Shown piece by piece: positions 40,787 through 51,023 of a stretch of 64,000 nt of DNA. Location: the NCBI GenBank assembly GCA_045627845.1, contig JAZQOL010000002.1, positions 97,596 through 161,595 of the forward strand, read 5' to 3'. Both the position numbers and the translations under genes were made by a program. The stretch comes from Lachnospiraceae bacterium (GTDB lineage Bacteria; Bacillota; Clostridia; Lachnospirales; Lachnospiraceae). How positions within the stretch are numbered: the first letter of the stretch is position 1; every line of letters starts with the position of its first letter. The notes under the pieces were generated by a model. That model was not told the origin of the DNA. It was given only the letters and a program-made list of their open reading frames with translations, and ran no database searches.

Positions 40787-41722
40787 ATGATATACAACAA
40801 TGTATTAGAGGCTGTCGGTCATACACCAATTATAAAATTAAGCAATAAAATGGTTCCTGAAAATGCTGCTGATGTTCTCGTAAAGTATGAAGGTCTTAAC
40901 GTTGGTGGTTCCATTAAAACCAGAACTGCATATAATATGATTGCAAAAGCAATTGCTGACGGAATAATTGATGATGAGACAATTATTGTTGAACCTACCA
41001 GCGGTAATCAAGGTATTGGTCTTGCTTTGATTGGAGCTGTTATGGGCATCAGAACAATTATAATTATGCCTGATTCAGTGAGTTCCGAAAGAAGATTACT
41101 TGTAAAACACTACGGTGCGGAAGTTATTCTTATAAAGGATGAAGGAAATATCGGGGATTGTATTGATAAATGTCTTCAGACTGCAATTAAGATGGCTTCT
41201 GAAAATCCTCATGTTTATGTTCCGCAACAATTTACAAATATAAATAATCCTTTAGCTCATAAACATCATACTGGACTTGAAATTCTTGAACAGATTGCCG
41301 GACCGATTGATGGTTTTTGCTCAGGTATTGGAACCGGAGGCACTATAAGTGGAATAGGAGAGACATTAAAGGCTCAGAACCCCAATATTGAGATATGGGC
41401 TGTTGAACCTGAAAATGCTGCAATTCTTGCAGGTGGAAATATAGGTACTCATTTGCAAATGGGTATAGGCGATGGTATTATTCCCGATAATCTGAATACA
41501 TCAATATATGATGATATTTACATTGTTTCCGACGATGAGGCAATTAAAACTGCAAAAGATCTTGCGAGAAAAGAAGGTCTTATGTGTGGAATTTCAAGCG
41601 GAACAAATGTTGCTGCGGCAATTAAACTTGCAATAAAGTTAGGAAAGGGAAAAACTGTCGTTACAATTCTTCCCGATACTGCGGAAAGATATTTTTCTAC
41701 ACCTTTATTTATGAATGATTAA
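40787..41722 (+). CDS. PLP-dependent cysteine-synthase (CysK/CysM) family protein, divergent
   Basis: GHTPIIKL, KYEGLNVGGSIK (PLP Lys), EPTSGN, PQQFTN, GIGTGGT, GISSGTN, LPDTAERYFST. Confidence 0.9.
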   Translation: MIYNNVLEAVGHTPIIKLSNKMVPENAADVLVKYEGLNVGGSIKTRTAYNMIAKAIADGIIDDETIIVEPTSGNQGIGLALIGAVMGIRTIIIMPDSVSSERRLLVKHYGAEVILIKDEGNIGDCIDKCLQTAIKMASENPHVYVPQQFTNINNPLAHKHHTGLEILEQIAGPIDGFCSGIGTGGTISGIGETLKAQNPNIEIWAVEPENAAILAGGNIGTHLQMGIGDGIIPDNLNTSIYDDIYIVSDDEAIKTAKDLARKEGLMCGISSGTNVAAAIKLAIKLGKGKTVVTILPDTAERYFSTPLFMND

Positions 41723-41740
41723 GTTTTGGAGGTTTATTTT

Positions 41741-43000
41741 ATGGGAATGACTATGACACAAAAGATTCTCGCAGCACATGCGGGACTTAAAAATGTTGTT
41801 GCCGGACAGCTTATTGAAGCTGATTTGGATCTGGTTTTGGGTAATGATATTACCAGTCCGGTTGCAATTAAAGAAATGGCAAAGATGAATCTGGATTCTG
41901 TTTTTGATAAAGATAAGATTGCGCTTGTTCCGGATCATTTTGTCCCAAATAAAGATATTAAATCTGCCGAACACTGTAAATGCGTTAGAGAATTTGCTTT
42001 AAAAAACAATATTACTAATTATTTTGAGGTTGGACAGATGGGTATTGAACATGCTCTTTTGCCCGAGCAAGGACTCACTGTTGCCGGAGATGTTATTATC
42101 GGTGCCGATTCTCATACCTGTACGTATGGAGCTCTTGGAGCGTTTTCAACAGGTGTCGGGAGTACTGATATGGCTGCCGGTATGGCAACAGGAAAAGCAT
42201 GGTTCAAGGTTCCTTCTGCAATAAAGTTTAATATTGTTGGGAAACCGTCAAAATGGGTATCAGGTAAGGATGTTATTCTTCATATCATCGGTATGATTGG
42301 CGTTGATGGTGCTCTGTATAAGTCTATGGAATTCGTAGGTGAAGGAATTAAAAATCTTTCGATGGATGATAGATTTACTATTGCAAATATGGCTATTGAA
42401 GCAGGTGCAAAGAACGGTATATTCCCTGTTGATGAAAAAACAGTTCAATATTTGAATGAACATACTAAACGCGATTATGTTGTCTATGAAGCTGATGAAG
42501 ATGCGGAGTATGATGAAGAATATACGATTGACCTTTCAATGCTGAAACCGACGGTAGCATTTCCTCATCTTCCCGAAAATACAAAAACAGTCGATGAAAT
42601 TGTCGATGAAATTAAAATCGATCAGGTTGTTATTGGCTCCTGTACAAATGGTCGTATTGATGATTTGAGAATTGCTGCAGAAGTATTGAAAAATAAAAAA
42701 GTAAAAAAAGGAATGAGACTAATAGTCATTCCTGCTACTCAATCTATATATTTACAAGCAATGGAAGAAGGATTATTAAGGATTTTTATTGAGGCCGGTG
42801 GAATAGTCAGCACACCCACATGTGGGCCTTGTCTTGGTGGTTATATGGGTGTTCTTGCAGAGGGTGAGAGATGTGTTTCTACTACAAACAGAAATTTTGT
42901 AGGAAGAATGGGACATATTACAAGTGAGATTTATCTTGCAAGTCCTGCTGTTGCAGCTATGAGTGCCATAAATGGATATATTTCAGCTCCGGAGGTGTGA
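41741..43000 (+). CDS. leuC: 3-isopropylmalate dehydratase large subunit
   Basis: [50 protein letters not shown]. Start at 41741 after GGAGG. Confidence 0.93.
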   Translation: MGMTMTQKILAAHAGLKNVVAGQLIEADLDLVLGNDITSPVAIKEMAKMNLDSVFDKDKIALVPDHFVPNKDIKSAEHCKCVREFALKNNITNYFEVGQMGIEHALLPEQGLTVAGDVIIGADSHTCTYGALGAFSTGVGSTDMAAGMATGKAWFKVPSAIKFNIVGKPSKWVSGKDVILHIIGMIGVDGALYKSMEFVGEGIKNLSMDDRFTIANMAIEAGAKNGIFPVDEKTVQYLNEHTKRDYVVYEADEDAEYDEEYTIDLSMLKPTVAFPHLPENTKTVDEIVDEIKIDQVVIGSCTNGRIDDLRIAAEVLKNKKVKKGMRLIVIPATQSIYLQAMEEGLLRIFIEAGGIVSTPTCGPCLGGYMGVLAEGERCVSTTNRNFVGRMGHITSEIYLASPAVAAMSAINGYISAPEV

Positions 43001-43491
43001 ATATGAAAGCTAAAGGTAAAGTATTTAAATATGGTGATAATGTTGATACTGATGTAATAATTCCTGCAAGGTATCTGAATTCTTCCGATCCCAAAGAACT
43101 TGCTACTCATTGTATGGAAGATATTGATAAAGAATTTGTTTCGAAAGTGAAGCCGGGTGACATTATTGTTGCTACAAAAAATTTTGGATGTGGTTCATCA
43201 AGAGAACATGCGCCAATAGCTATAAAGGCAAGCGGTGTAAGTTTGGTAATTGCTGAGACATTTGCACGTATTTTTTATCGAAATGCAATTAATATAGGTC
43301 TTCCCATTATGGAATGCAAAGAAGCAAGTGCAGCTATTAATAATAACGACGAACTTGAAGTTAACTTTGATACCGGAGAGATATATGACATTACAACGGG
43401 TGAAACCTTCAAAGGACAGGCTTTTCCGGAGTTTATGCAAAATATTATTAATGCAGAAGGATTATTAAACTATATAAAAAATAGAGATTAA
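42997..43491 (+). CDS. leuD: 3-isopropylmalate dehydratase small subunit
   Basis: [41 protein letters not shown]. Confidence 0.94.
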   Translation: MNMKAKGKVFKYGDNVDTDVIIPARYLNSSDPKELATHCMEDIDKEFVSKVKPGDIIVATKNFGCGSSREHAPIAIKASGVSLVIAETFARIFYRNAINIGLPIMECKEASAAINNNDELEVNFDTGEIYDITTGETFKGQAFPEFMQNIINAEGLLNYIKNRD

Positions 43492-43498
43492 TTTTTAT

Positions 43499-43536
43499 AC
43501 ATCTGATATACTTATTCGTATATCAGATGTTTTTTT
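43499..43536 (+). terminator. Intrinsic terminator after leuD
   Basis: ACATCTGATATAC-TTATTC-GTATATCAGATGT followed by a T-run. Confidence 0.9.
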
Positions 43537-43561
43537 CTTAAATTTTGTGATTGGTGATTTT

Positions 43562-44299
43562 ATGAAAATTATATTTATCAGACATGGTGATCCGGACTAC
43601 AAAAATGATTCTCTTACTGTCAAAGGCAAACGCGAGGCTTTGCTTTTGAGTAACAGGGTAATGCATTGGAAAGAATCAATTACTCATATATATTGTTCAC
43701 CTTTGGGGCGTGCAAAAGAAACTTGTCGATATTCTCTTGAAAAGCTGAATATGGAAGCAACCGAACTGGACTGGTTAAAAGAATTTTATTATCCTACTAC
43801 ACATTCTGAACAAAATAATGAAATTCATGTTCCATGGGATTTTTATCCGGAATCGTGGACTGTTCATGATGAACTTTATGATAAGGATAGGTGGACTGAT
43901 TCGGTTCTTTTGTCAGAAAACCCGATTAAAGTCGAATCTGATTATGTTTTTGAAAAATTTGATAATTTATTAAGTCAATATGGTTATATAAGAAAAGATA
44001 ACTATTATATTCATAACGATACTAAAGATGATATAACGCTGGTGTTTTATTGTCATTTGGGAGTCTCATTATTAATAATGGGCCATCTTCTTGGCATATC
44101 TCCATTTGTGCTTTGGCATTCTGTTTATGTTGCTCCGACTTCAGTTTCTGTAATTGGATGTGAGGAACGAGCTAAAGGGAAAGCATCATTTAGAATACAA
44201 TATTTAGGAGATACAAGCCATTTGACTAATTTTAATGAACCGGCTTCTAAATCGGGCTATTTCACGGACTGTTTTCAGGATTGTTATGAAAAAGAGTGA
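43562..44299 (+). CDS. Histidine phosphatase (phosphoglycerate mutase-like) family protein
   Basis: IIFIRHG motif, CSPLGRAKET, second His in FYCH. Confidence 0.88.
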   Translation: MKIIFIRHGDPDYKNDSLTVKGKREALLLSNRVMHWKESITHIYCSPLGRAKETCRYSLEKLNMEATELDWLKEFYYPTTHSEQNNEIHVPWDFYPESWTVHDELYDKDRWTDSVLLSENPIKVESDYVFEKFDNLLSQYGYIRKDNYYIHNDTKDDITLVFYCHLGVSLLIMGHLLGISPFVLWHSVYVAPTSVSVIGCEERAKGKASFRIQYLGDTSHLTNFNEPASKSGYFTDCFQDCYEKE

Positions 44300-44648
44300 T
44301 TTTGTATTAACTGTTATTATAATTATTTTCTTTGTATTATTGCCTATTATTTCATTTATCTTTTTGGAAAATAATGATGCCGATTGTGTCATCATTAAAG
44401 TTGACGGGAATATTGTAGGTACATATTCATTGTCAAGCGATAATGAATATGTAATCAATAACGAATATGGATATAATCTTATTTGTGTAAAAGACAAAGA
44501 AGTTTATATTAAAACATCAGATTGTGCAAATAATGATTGTGTTAAAACTGGGTCAATTAAGAATTCTGTCAAATCAATCGTATGTCTTCCGCATCATCTG
44601 GAAGTAATAATTGATTCTGAGGCGATAATTGACACTGTGGCTTATTAA
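44286..44648 (+). CDS. NusG domain II-like membrane-anchored protein
   Basis: N-terminal TM, GYNLICVKD, SDCANNDCVKTG...IVCLPH.L.V.I. Confidence 0.82.
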   Translation: MKKSDFVLTVIIIIFFVLLPIISFIFLENNDADCVIIKVDGNIVGTYSLSSDNEYVINNEYGYNLICVKDKEVYIKTSDCANNDCVKTGSIKNSVKSIVCLPHHLEVIIDSEAIIDTVAY

Positions 44649-44649
44649 T

Positions 44650-45144
44650 ATGAATGATGTTGTAAAAAAAACTGTAAATTCGGGATTACTTCTTGCTTTG
44701 GCTTTGATTTTTTCTTATGTTGAATATTTAATTCCGATACCGATTCCTGTTCCCGGGATAAAACTTGGCTTAGCAAATTCTGTTTTGCTATATTTAATAT
44801 TTTGCAATCGTATTTCGGAGGCTTTTCTGATTGGCGTTTCCAGAGTATTATTATCCTTTTTATTGTTTGGGAATCTTTATTCTTTATTATTTTCATTATC
44901 CGGTTTTTTACTTGCTTTTTTGGCCATGATTCTTGTAAACCGGTTTACTTCATGTTCTTTATTTGGCGTTAGTATTGCGGGAGCCGTATTTCATAACATT
45001 GGGCAAATATTGTCTGGTATTTTATTTATTCATACCGTTACGTTATATTATTATATTCCGATATTAACTATAGCAGGTCTGTTAACGGGTTATTTTATTG
45101 CATATATTGTCAGACTTGTTGTTGAAAGGATAGATATTATATGA
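44650..45144 (+). CDS. Gx-transporter / heptaprenyl-PP-synthase-component-I-like membrane protein
   Basis: LALALIFSYVE.LIP.PIP.PGIKLGLAN, SIAGAVFHNIGQ; multi-TM. Confidence 0.85.
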   Translation: MNDVVKKTVNSGLLLALALIFSYVEYLIPIPIPVPGIKLGLANSVLLYLIFCNRISEAFLIGVSRVLLSFLLFGNLYSLLFSLSGFLLAFLAMILVNRFTSCSLFGVSIAGAVFHNIGQILSGILFIHTVTLYYYIPILTIAGLLTGYFIAYIVRLVVERIDII

Positions 45145-45740
45145 TTGGTTTTGTAAAAGGAACTTTAGAAGAATCTCGTGTTGGAAAAGTTGTCGTGGAC
45201 GTTAATGGCTTTGGAATTAATGTAATTGTATCTGAAGCGGCAAGAGAAAGTCTTCCTTCCGTTGGCAATGGTATAAAATTATATACATATACAAGTGTTA
45301 GAGAAGACGGTATAAGCTTATACGGTTTTGTGTCTCGCGATGAGCTTGATTTATTTAATCTTCTCATTGGAGTTTCTGGAGTGGGTCCTAAAGGAGCTCA
45401 GGCTTTGCTTGGTGCTTATACTGTTTCAATGATTAAATATTATATTGTCAGTGAAGATGTTAAAAGTTTATCTGCAGCACCTACAATAGGCAAGAAAACA
45501 GCAGAGAGAATTATAGTAGATTTAAAAGATAAAGTTAATAAAGAAGATACAATAAATATGATTTCAGATATTTCTGTATCAGACAAAAACATTAATGAAA
45601 ATATGCTTGATGCAATTGAAGCACTTGTTGCTTTGGGATATGACAGAAAACAATCAAAAGAAGCAGTGTCAAAAATCGAAAATGTCAATACAATGGATAC
45701 AAATGATATCCTTAAAGATGCACTTAAATTTTTGTTTTAA
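45141..45740 (+). CDS. ruvA: Holliday junction branch migration protein RuvA
   Basis: MIGFVKG, VREDGISLYGF, VSGVGPK, IGKKTAERIIVDLKDK, ALVALGY. Confidence 0.95.
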   Translation: MIGFVKGTLEESRVGKVVVDVNGFGINVIVSEAARESLPSVGNGIKLYTYTSVREDGISLYGFVSRDELDLFNLLIGVSGVGPKGAQALLGAYTVSMIKYYIVSEDVKSLSAAPTIGKKTAERIIVDLKDKVNKEDTINMISDISVSDKNINENMLDAIEALVALGYDRKQSKEAVSKIENVNTMDTNDILKDALKFLF

Positions 45741-45755
45741 AGGGGACATTTAATT

Positions 45756-46751
45756 TTGCAAAGAATGATTGAAACTAATCTTACAAATGAAGACATTAAA
45801 ATTGAGGGTTCTTTGCGTCCTCAATATTTAAATGAGTACATAGGTCAAAACAAAGTTAAAGATATATTGAAAGTTTATATTGATGCGGCCAAGGCACGAA
45901 AAGAATCACTTGATCACGTTCTTTTGTATGGCCCTCCCGGACTTGGAAAAACTACTTTGGCTCAAATTATTGCAAATGAAATGAATGTTAATATTAAAAT
46001 AACAAGTGGTCCTGCTATTGAAAAACCGGGAGATATGGCTGCTATTTTAAGCGGTTTAAAAGAAGGGGATGTGCTTTTTATTGATGAAATTCATCGTTTG
46101 AACAAACAAATAGAAGAAGTACTTTATCCTGCTATGGAAGATTTTTCACTTGATATTATTATAGGTAAAGGTCCTTCTTCCAAATCGATTAGACTTGATT
46201 TGCCGAAATTTACACTTGTAGGTGCAACAACAAGAGCAGGACTTTTATCTGCTCCTTTAAGAGATCGTTTTGGTGTTGTTGAAAAGCTTGAATTTTACAG
46301 CATAGAAGATTTGACTACAATTATCAGACATTCGGCTAAAATATTAAATGTTAAAATTGATATTGATGGAGCTACGGAACTTGCAAGGAGAAGCCGAGGT
46401 ACTCCAAGACTTGCTAATCGTATTTTGAAAAGAGTTCGTGATTTCGCTGAGGTTCGATTTGACGGAACAATAACGGGCGAAGTAGCAAGAACTGCGTTGG
46501 ATTTAATGGATGTTGACAAGATGGGCCTAGATCATGTTGACCGTAATATTTTAACAACAATGATTGAATTATATAAAGGTGGTCCTGTAGGACTGGACAC
46601 ATTGGCTGCTACAATAGGAGAAGATTCCGGCACAATAGAAGAGGTATACGAACCTTATCTTATCAAAAATGGTTTCTTGACAAGAACACCTCGAGGACGT
46701 GCTGTTACTGAGCTTGCCTATAGTCATTTGGGTATTGAAATCATTTCATGA
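45756..46751 (+). CDS. ruvB: Holliday junction DNA helicase RuvB
   Basis: [48 protein letters not shown]. Confidence 0.97.
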   Translation: MQRMIETNLTNEDIKIEGSLRPQYLNEYIGQNKVKDILKVYIDAAKARKESLDHVLLYGPPGLGKTTLAQIIANEMNVNIKITSGPAIEKPGDMAAILSGLKEGDVLFIDEIHRLNKQIEEVLYPAMEDFSLDIIIGKGPSSKSIRLDLPKFTLVGATTRAGLLSAPLRDRFGVVEKLEFYSIEDLTTIIRHSAKILNVKIDIDGATELARRSRGTPRLANRILKRVRDFAEVRFDGTITGEVARTALDLMDVDKMGLDHVDRNILTTMIELYKGGPVGLDTLAATIGEDSGTIEEVYEPYLIKNGFLTRTPRGRAVTELAYSHLGIEIIS

Positions 46752-46798
46752 GACTATTATAATTATGTTTATCACATATATATGATTGGGGAATCTAT

Positions 46799-47200
46799 AT
46801 GGCGTCCAAGACAGATACCGAAGTTATAATAGGCGGTAAAGTTTTCAGATTAAGCGGTTATGAAAGTGAAGAGTACTTACAAAAAGTTGCTGCTTATATT
46901 AATACCAAACTTACTGAGTACAATCGTATAGAAGGTTTTCGTCGTTCGCCTGTTGATACTCAGAATGTTCTTTTGCAACTGAATATTGCAGATGATTTCT
47001 TCAAAGCAAAAAAGCAAATATCTTTATTGGAAGAAGAAATTAGTGCAAAAGAAAAGGAATTATATGATTTGAAGCATGAACTTATTGCTTCTCAGATTAA
47101 ATTAGATAATTCTGAGAAAAATATGAAGTCTCTTAAGAAAGAACTTGATGATTCGTCAAAGAAGCTTATCAGACTTGAAACAGAACTTAAGATGAATTAA
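46799..47200 (+). CDS. zapA: Cell division protein ZapA-like
   Basis: V.IGGKVFRLSG.ESEEYLQKVAAYIN, LNIADD, C-terminal coiled coil. Confidence 0.82.
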   Translation: MASKTDTEVIIGGKVFRLSGYESEEYLQKVAAYINTKLTEYNRIEGFRRSPVDTQNVLLQLNIADDFFKAKKQISLLEEEISAKEKELYDLKHELIASQIKLDNSEKNMKSLKKELDDSSKKLIRLETELKMN

Positions 47201-47224
47201 AAAGGCTGCGAGTCAGCCTTTTTT
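47201..47224 (+). terminator. Intrinsic terminator after zapA
   Basis: AAAGGCTG-CGAGT-CAGCCTTT followed by TTT. Confidence 0.8.
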
Positions 47225-47244
47225 CTTTGTAAAATGAGGTTTTT

Positions 47245-49338
47245 ATGGAATTATTATCTCCCGCGGGAAGTTTTAAAGGCTTTATAGGTGCTGTTAATGC
47301 CGGCTGTAATGCTGTCTATTTGGGTGGAAATAAATATGGTGCAAGAGCTTATGCCGAGAACTTTACCGATGAAGAAATTATTAAAGCAATAAGAATAGCT
47401 CATGTATTTGACGTTAAAGTATATCTTACCGTTAATACTTTGATTAAAGAACGTGAATTCGATGATGTGATCGAGTATATAACTCCTTTTTATGAAGCCG
47501 GACTCGATGCTTGTATTGTGCAGGATATCGGCTTAATCTCTATGTTTAACACACTATTCCCCAATATGGAATGCCATATAAGCACACAAGCCTATTCAAC
47601 AGGATTGGAATCCGTTAAATTTTATAAATCTTTGGGAGCCTCCAGGGTAGTTCTTGCAAGAGAACTTTCTTTAGAAGAGATTAAACAAATAAAAAAATCG
47701 GAAGACATTGAAATAGAAACTTTTATTCATGGAGCAATGTGTTATTCGTATTCCGGTCAGTGTCTGTTTTCTTCATGCCTTGGTGGAAGAAGCGGAAACA
47801 GAGGCAGGTGTGCCGGCCCTTGTAGGCAGGAGTATTCTTATATATCTTCAGACGGCAAAGAAAAATCATCTTATTTTCTTTCAATGAAAGATCAATGTAC
47901 ATTGGAAATACTACCTTTATTGATCGAGGCCGGTATTGATTCGCTAAAGATTGAAGGCCGCATGAAAAAGCCTGAATATACTGCATTTGTAACATCAATA
48001 TACCGAAAATATATTGATTTATATTATAAGAATCCATCAGCCTATCGTGTTGATTCAAACGATTTATATGCGCTTAAGAATATGTATTTACGAAGTGAAA
48101 TAAATGATGGTTATTACTTAAAACAGAATGGAAGAGAAATGCTTACGCTTAGTCGTCCATCTTATAATGGTAATAGTGAATCTTTAATGCAATATACATA
48201 TGAAAATTACATTGATTCTTTTCCAAAGAAAAAAATAAAATGTTATTTTAGCGCAATACAGAATAACAATTTTTCTGTTACATATTATGACGATAATCAT
48301 TTTGCATCGTATGAAGGAAATGTTGTCGATAAAGCATCAAACAGACCAATCTGTGCAGAAGATATAAAAAAGCAACTATCCAAATTGGGTGATACTTGTT
48401 TTGAAATAGATGAGATTGGCGGAGAAGTATCTGATGGTATTTTTGTCCAGATAAAAGAATTAAATGAAGCAAGAAGAAATGCTGTAGAGTCGTTATATGA
48501 TACATTTAATAAAAAAAGAACAGATAAAATGTTGAAATCTGATACTATCATTTTAAATAGTGCTGACTCAATTAATTATCCTATTGTTTATATTCATACA
48601 TATGATCAATATACATCTGTTAAAGAATGCAACTTAGACCGGTATTTAATTGCAATTCCATATGAACTGATTATTAAATACAATATTCCTTCCGAAAATA
48701 TTTTGATTGTTTTACCTGATGTAGTCCGTAGCAAAGATTATAAATCATTGATTGAATTTATAAAAAAACAGGTTAATTTTTGTTATGGGTTTTATATACG
48801 TAATTATGATTCATTAAATATTTTGATACGTTTAGAAATTTCAAAACCTATTATTTCCGGACCGGAGCTTTATTGTTTTAATAATTTTTCAAAAGATAGA
48901 CTAATGCATTATTGCAATTGCAATGTAGCTCCTTATGAATTATCCAAGCATGAGCTTAAAGAACTTAATTTAAAAAATACATATATTCAGGTATATGGCA
49001 AAATTCCTCTTGTTCATTCGGCAAATTGCGTTGTAAAAACAATGGAACATTGTAAGGCTCGAAATAACGAAGATTTTGTTTATATAAAAGATAAAATGAA
49101 TGCTAAATTTCCTGTGTACCGAAATTGTTTAATGTGTTCAAATATTATTTATAATTGTGTTCCTGTTGTTTTGTGGGATGAGTTTAAGAAATTAGATATT
49201 GATCAAAATCATTTTATTGTTTGTTTTACAGATGAAACATCAGTTGAAACAAAGAATATAATTGAATGCATTTTTAATAGTGGAAATGTTAAGATCAATA
49301 ATTTCACTAAAGCATATTTTAAGAAAGGAATTGAATGA
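47245..49338 (+). CDS. U32-family protein (RlhA/TrhP-like Fe-S hydroxylase fold) with long C-terminal extension
   Basis: ELLSPAG, AVYLGG, HISTQ, VVLAREL, FIHGAMCYSYSGQC, NRGRCAGPCR, SLKIEGRMK. Confidence 0.9.
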   Translation: MELLSPAGSFKGFIGAVNAGCNAVYLGGNKYGARAYAENFTDEEIIKAIRIAHVFDVKVYLTVNTLIKEREFDDVIEYITPFYEAGLDACIVQDIGLISMFNTLFPNMECHISTQAYSTGLESVKFYKSLGASRVVLARELSLEEIKQIKKSEDIEIETFIHGAMCYSYSGQCLFSSCLGGRSGNRGRCAGPCRQEYSYISSDGKEKSSYFLSMKDQCTLEILPLLIEAGIDSLKIEGRMKKPEYTAFVTSIYRKYIDLYYKNPSAYRVDSNDLYALKNMYLRSEINDGYYLKQNGREMLTLSRPSYNGNSESLMQYTYENYIDSFPKKKIKCYFSAIQNNNFSVTYYDDNHFASYEGNVVDKASNRPICAEDIKKQLSKLGDTCFEIDEIGGEVSDGIFVQIKELNEARRNAVESLYDTFNKKRTDKMLKSDTIILNSADSINYPIVYIHTYDQYTSVKECNLDRYLIAIPYELIIKYNIPSENILIVLPDVVRSKDYKSLIEFIKKQVNFCYGFYIRNYDSLNILIRLEISKPIISGPELYCFNNFSKDRLMHYCNCNVAPYELSKHELKELNLKNTYIQVYGKIPLVHSANCVVKTMEHCKARNNEDFVYIKDKMNAKFPVYRNCLMCSNIIYNCVPVVLWDEFKKLDIDQNHFIVCFTDETSVETKNIIECIFNSGNVKINNFTKAYFKKGIE

Positions 49339-49341
49339 GTT

Positions 49342-49370
49342 TTGCATGTATTATGTTTTAGTGTTATTAT
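49342..49370 (+). promoter_or_regulatory. SigA-type promoter for the NUDIX gene
   Basis: TTGCAT, 17 bp spacer, TG-extended TATTAT. Confidence 0.6.
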
Positions 49371-49399
49371 AAATTAAAATAAAGAAAGAGAGGATTGCA

Positions 49400-49843
49400 A
49401 TGAAAGAAGCAATCAGTTGTGGCGGTGTTATTATATATAGAGGTAAAATTTTACTTCTATATAAAAATTTTTATGACCATTATCATGGATGGGTACTTCC
49501 TAAAGGGACCGTTGAAGAAGGCGAAACATTTGAGCAAACTGCAGTAAGAGAAGTAAAAGAAGAAGCAGGCTCTAAAGCTTTCCCGGTAAAATATATTGGT
49601 AATACACATTATTTTTTCAGAGCAGGAAATGATGAAGTAGATAAAAAGGTTCACTGGTATCTTATGTCGACAGATTCTTTTTATTCAAAACCTCAAAAAG
49701 AGGAATTTTTTGAAGATTCAGGTTTTTACAAGTATAACGAGGCATATTATCTGCTGAAATTTGATAATGAACGTGAGATGCTTGAGAAAGCTTATTCAGA
49801 ATACAGACATTTAAAAAATTCGGGTTTATGGAAAGAAAAATAA
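49400..49843 (+). CDS. NUDIX hydrolase
   Basis: SCGGV, WVLPKGTVEEGETFEQTAVREVKEEAG complete Nudix box. Confidence 0.93.
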   Translation: MKEAISCGGVIIYRGKILLLYKNFYDHYHGWVLPKGTVEEGETFEQTAVREVKEEAGSKAFPVKYIGNTHYFFRAGNDEVDKKVHWYLMSTDSFYSKPQKEEFFEDSGFYKYNEAYYLLKFDNEREMLEKAYSEYRHLKNSGLWKEK

Positions 49844-49874
49844 AAACCTCTTAGGAAATCTCCTAAGAGGTTTT
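49843..49874. terminator. Bidirectional terminator between the NUDIX and HD-GYP genes
   Basis: AAAACCTCTTAGGA-AATC-TCCTAAGAGGTTTT. Confidence 0.9.
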
Positions 49875-49875
49875 C

Positions 49876-50928
49876 TTATAATATTGCAACAATTTCATAA
49901 TCTTTTTCTTTTGATAAATCAATTATTTTATCGTTTGTTTTTACCAAAGGTCTCGACAATATATTTGCATTAATGAGAATTACTTCCGCAACGCTTTCGT
50001 CGTTTAAACGAACTGTTGTCCCTAATTGATTGTTTGCTATGTGTGACAATATAGATTTTAAAAGTGGTTGGCTGTAATTATCACAAGTATTTTCAAAATT
50101 TTTAATTACCTGAAACGGTATCAGTGTTTCGCGATATGTTCTTGCGCTTGTCATTGCTTCATATGAATCAATAATATTAATAATTCTTGCAAAAAAATTT
50201 ATATCATCACCTTTTAATCTTGACGGATACCCGTTACCATTTGATTTTTCGTGATGTTGCAAAACAGCCTTTATAATATTATCGTTTAATTTCTGATCTT
50301 TTAAAATACCATACCCTTTAAATGTATGTGTCTTCATCAATTCAAATTCTTCATCGGTGAGCCGTCCCGGTTTCCAAATTAATGAATTGGGCATGACAAT
50401 TTTGCCTACATCATATAAAAAACCTGAACATATAAGCGTTATTTCATCTTCGCGGGGTAATGCTAACCAAGTTCCGAATACTCCGGCTATTAAAGCAGCA
50501 TTAAGACAATGTGCATAAGTAAGATCATCTTCCGAAGGCAACATATTATAAAGATAATCAAGAAGATTTTCGCCTGTTTTTGCACATTTTGATATGCTGT
50601 AAAAAATATTAAAAAGCTCTTTTATATCAATTGCTGTTTTTTTCGAAATAACATCATTTATATGAAGCTTATATTTATCCAAGCCACTTTTATATGTGCT
50701 TTCAAATTGCTTAAAAGCTTCGCTTAATCTGACTTTCTCATAATGAGTAGAAGCAAAATCAATTGCTTCCATTATTTCAACACACATAATAGAATGACGA
50801 TTAAGCTTAGCTATTATCGAATCATCAACAACAGTTTTTTTAGGAACAAGTAATTCGTTTCTGAAATTTAATATATCGGTACCTATCGTCATTCCTTTTT
50901 GAAGAGCCATTGTTGCTATTGTTTTCAT
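49876..50928 (-). CDS. HD-GYP domain protein with the HD dyad changed to YD
   Basis: TYAH, FLYDVGK, MKTH, HHEKSNGNGYP, IIDSYEAMTS.RTYR. ATG 50928 is correctly spaced from SD GAGG. Confidence 0.88.
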   Translation of the reverse strand: MKTIATMALQKGMTIGTDILNFRNELLVPKKTVVDDSIIAKLNRHSIMCVEIMEAIDFASTHYEKVRLSEAFKQFESTYKSGLDKYKLHINDVISKKTAIDIKELFNIFYSISKCAKTGENLLDYLYNMLPSEDDLTYAHCLNAALIAGVFGTWLALPREDEITLICSGFLYDVGKIVMPNSLIWKPGRLTDEEFELMKTHTFKGYGILKDQKLNDNIIKAVLQHHEKSNGNGYPSRLKGDDINFFARIINIIDSYEAMTSARTYRETLIPFQVIKNFENTCDNYSQPLLKSILSHIANNQLGTTVRLNDESVAEVILINANILSRPLVKTNDKIIDLSKEKDYEIVAIL

Positions 50929-51023
50929 CCGCACATCCTCAATCTTATATATATTTTTATAATAACATAAATTATTGCTAACATGTTGTTTTTAGCAATG
51001 AGAAAAAGTGTTATCATAAAGAT

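Noticed and set aside
41741-43491. leuCD as homoaconitase or a novel hydro-lyase
   Set aside because: LeuD loop YLNSSD and co-location with ilvC, with leuB in the window, fit the ordinary clostridial isopropylmalate isomerase.
45141-46751. ruvAB without ruvC
   Set aside because: Common in Firmicutes, where the resolvase (RecU or other) is encoded elsewhere.
47245-49338. U32 protein as a collagenase/virulence protease
   Set aside because: No signal peptide; the Cys cluster matches the Fe-S RNA-hydroxylation members of U32.
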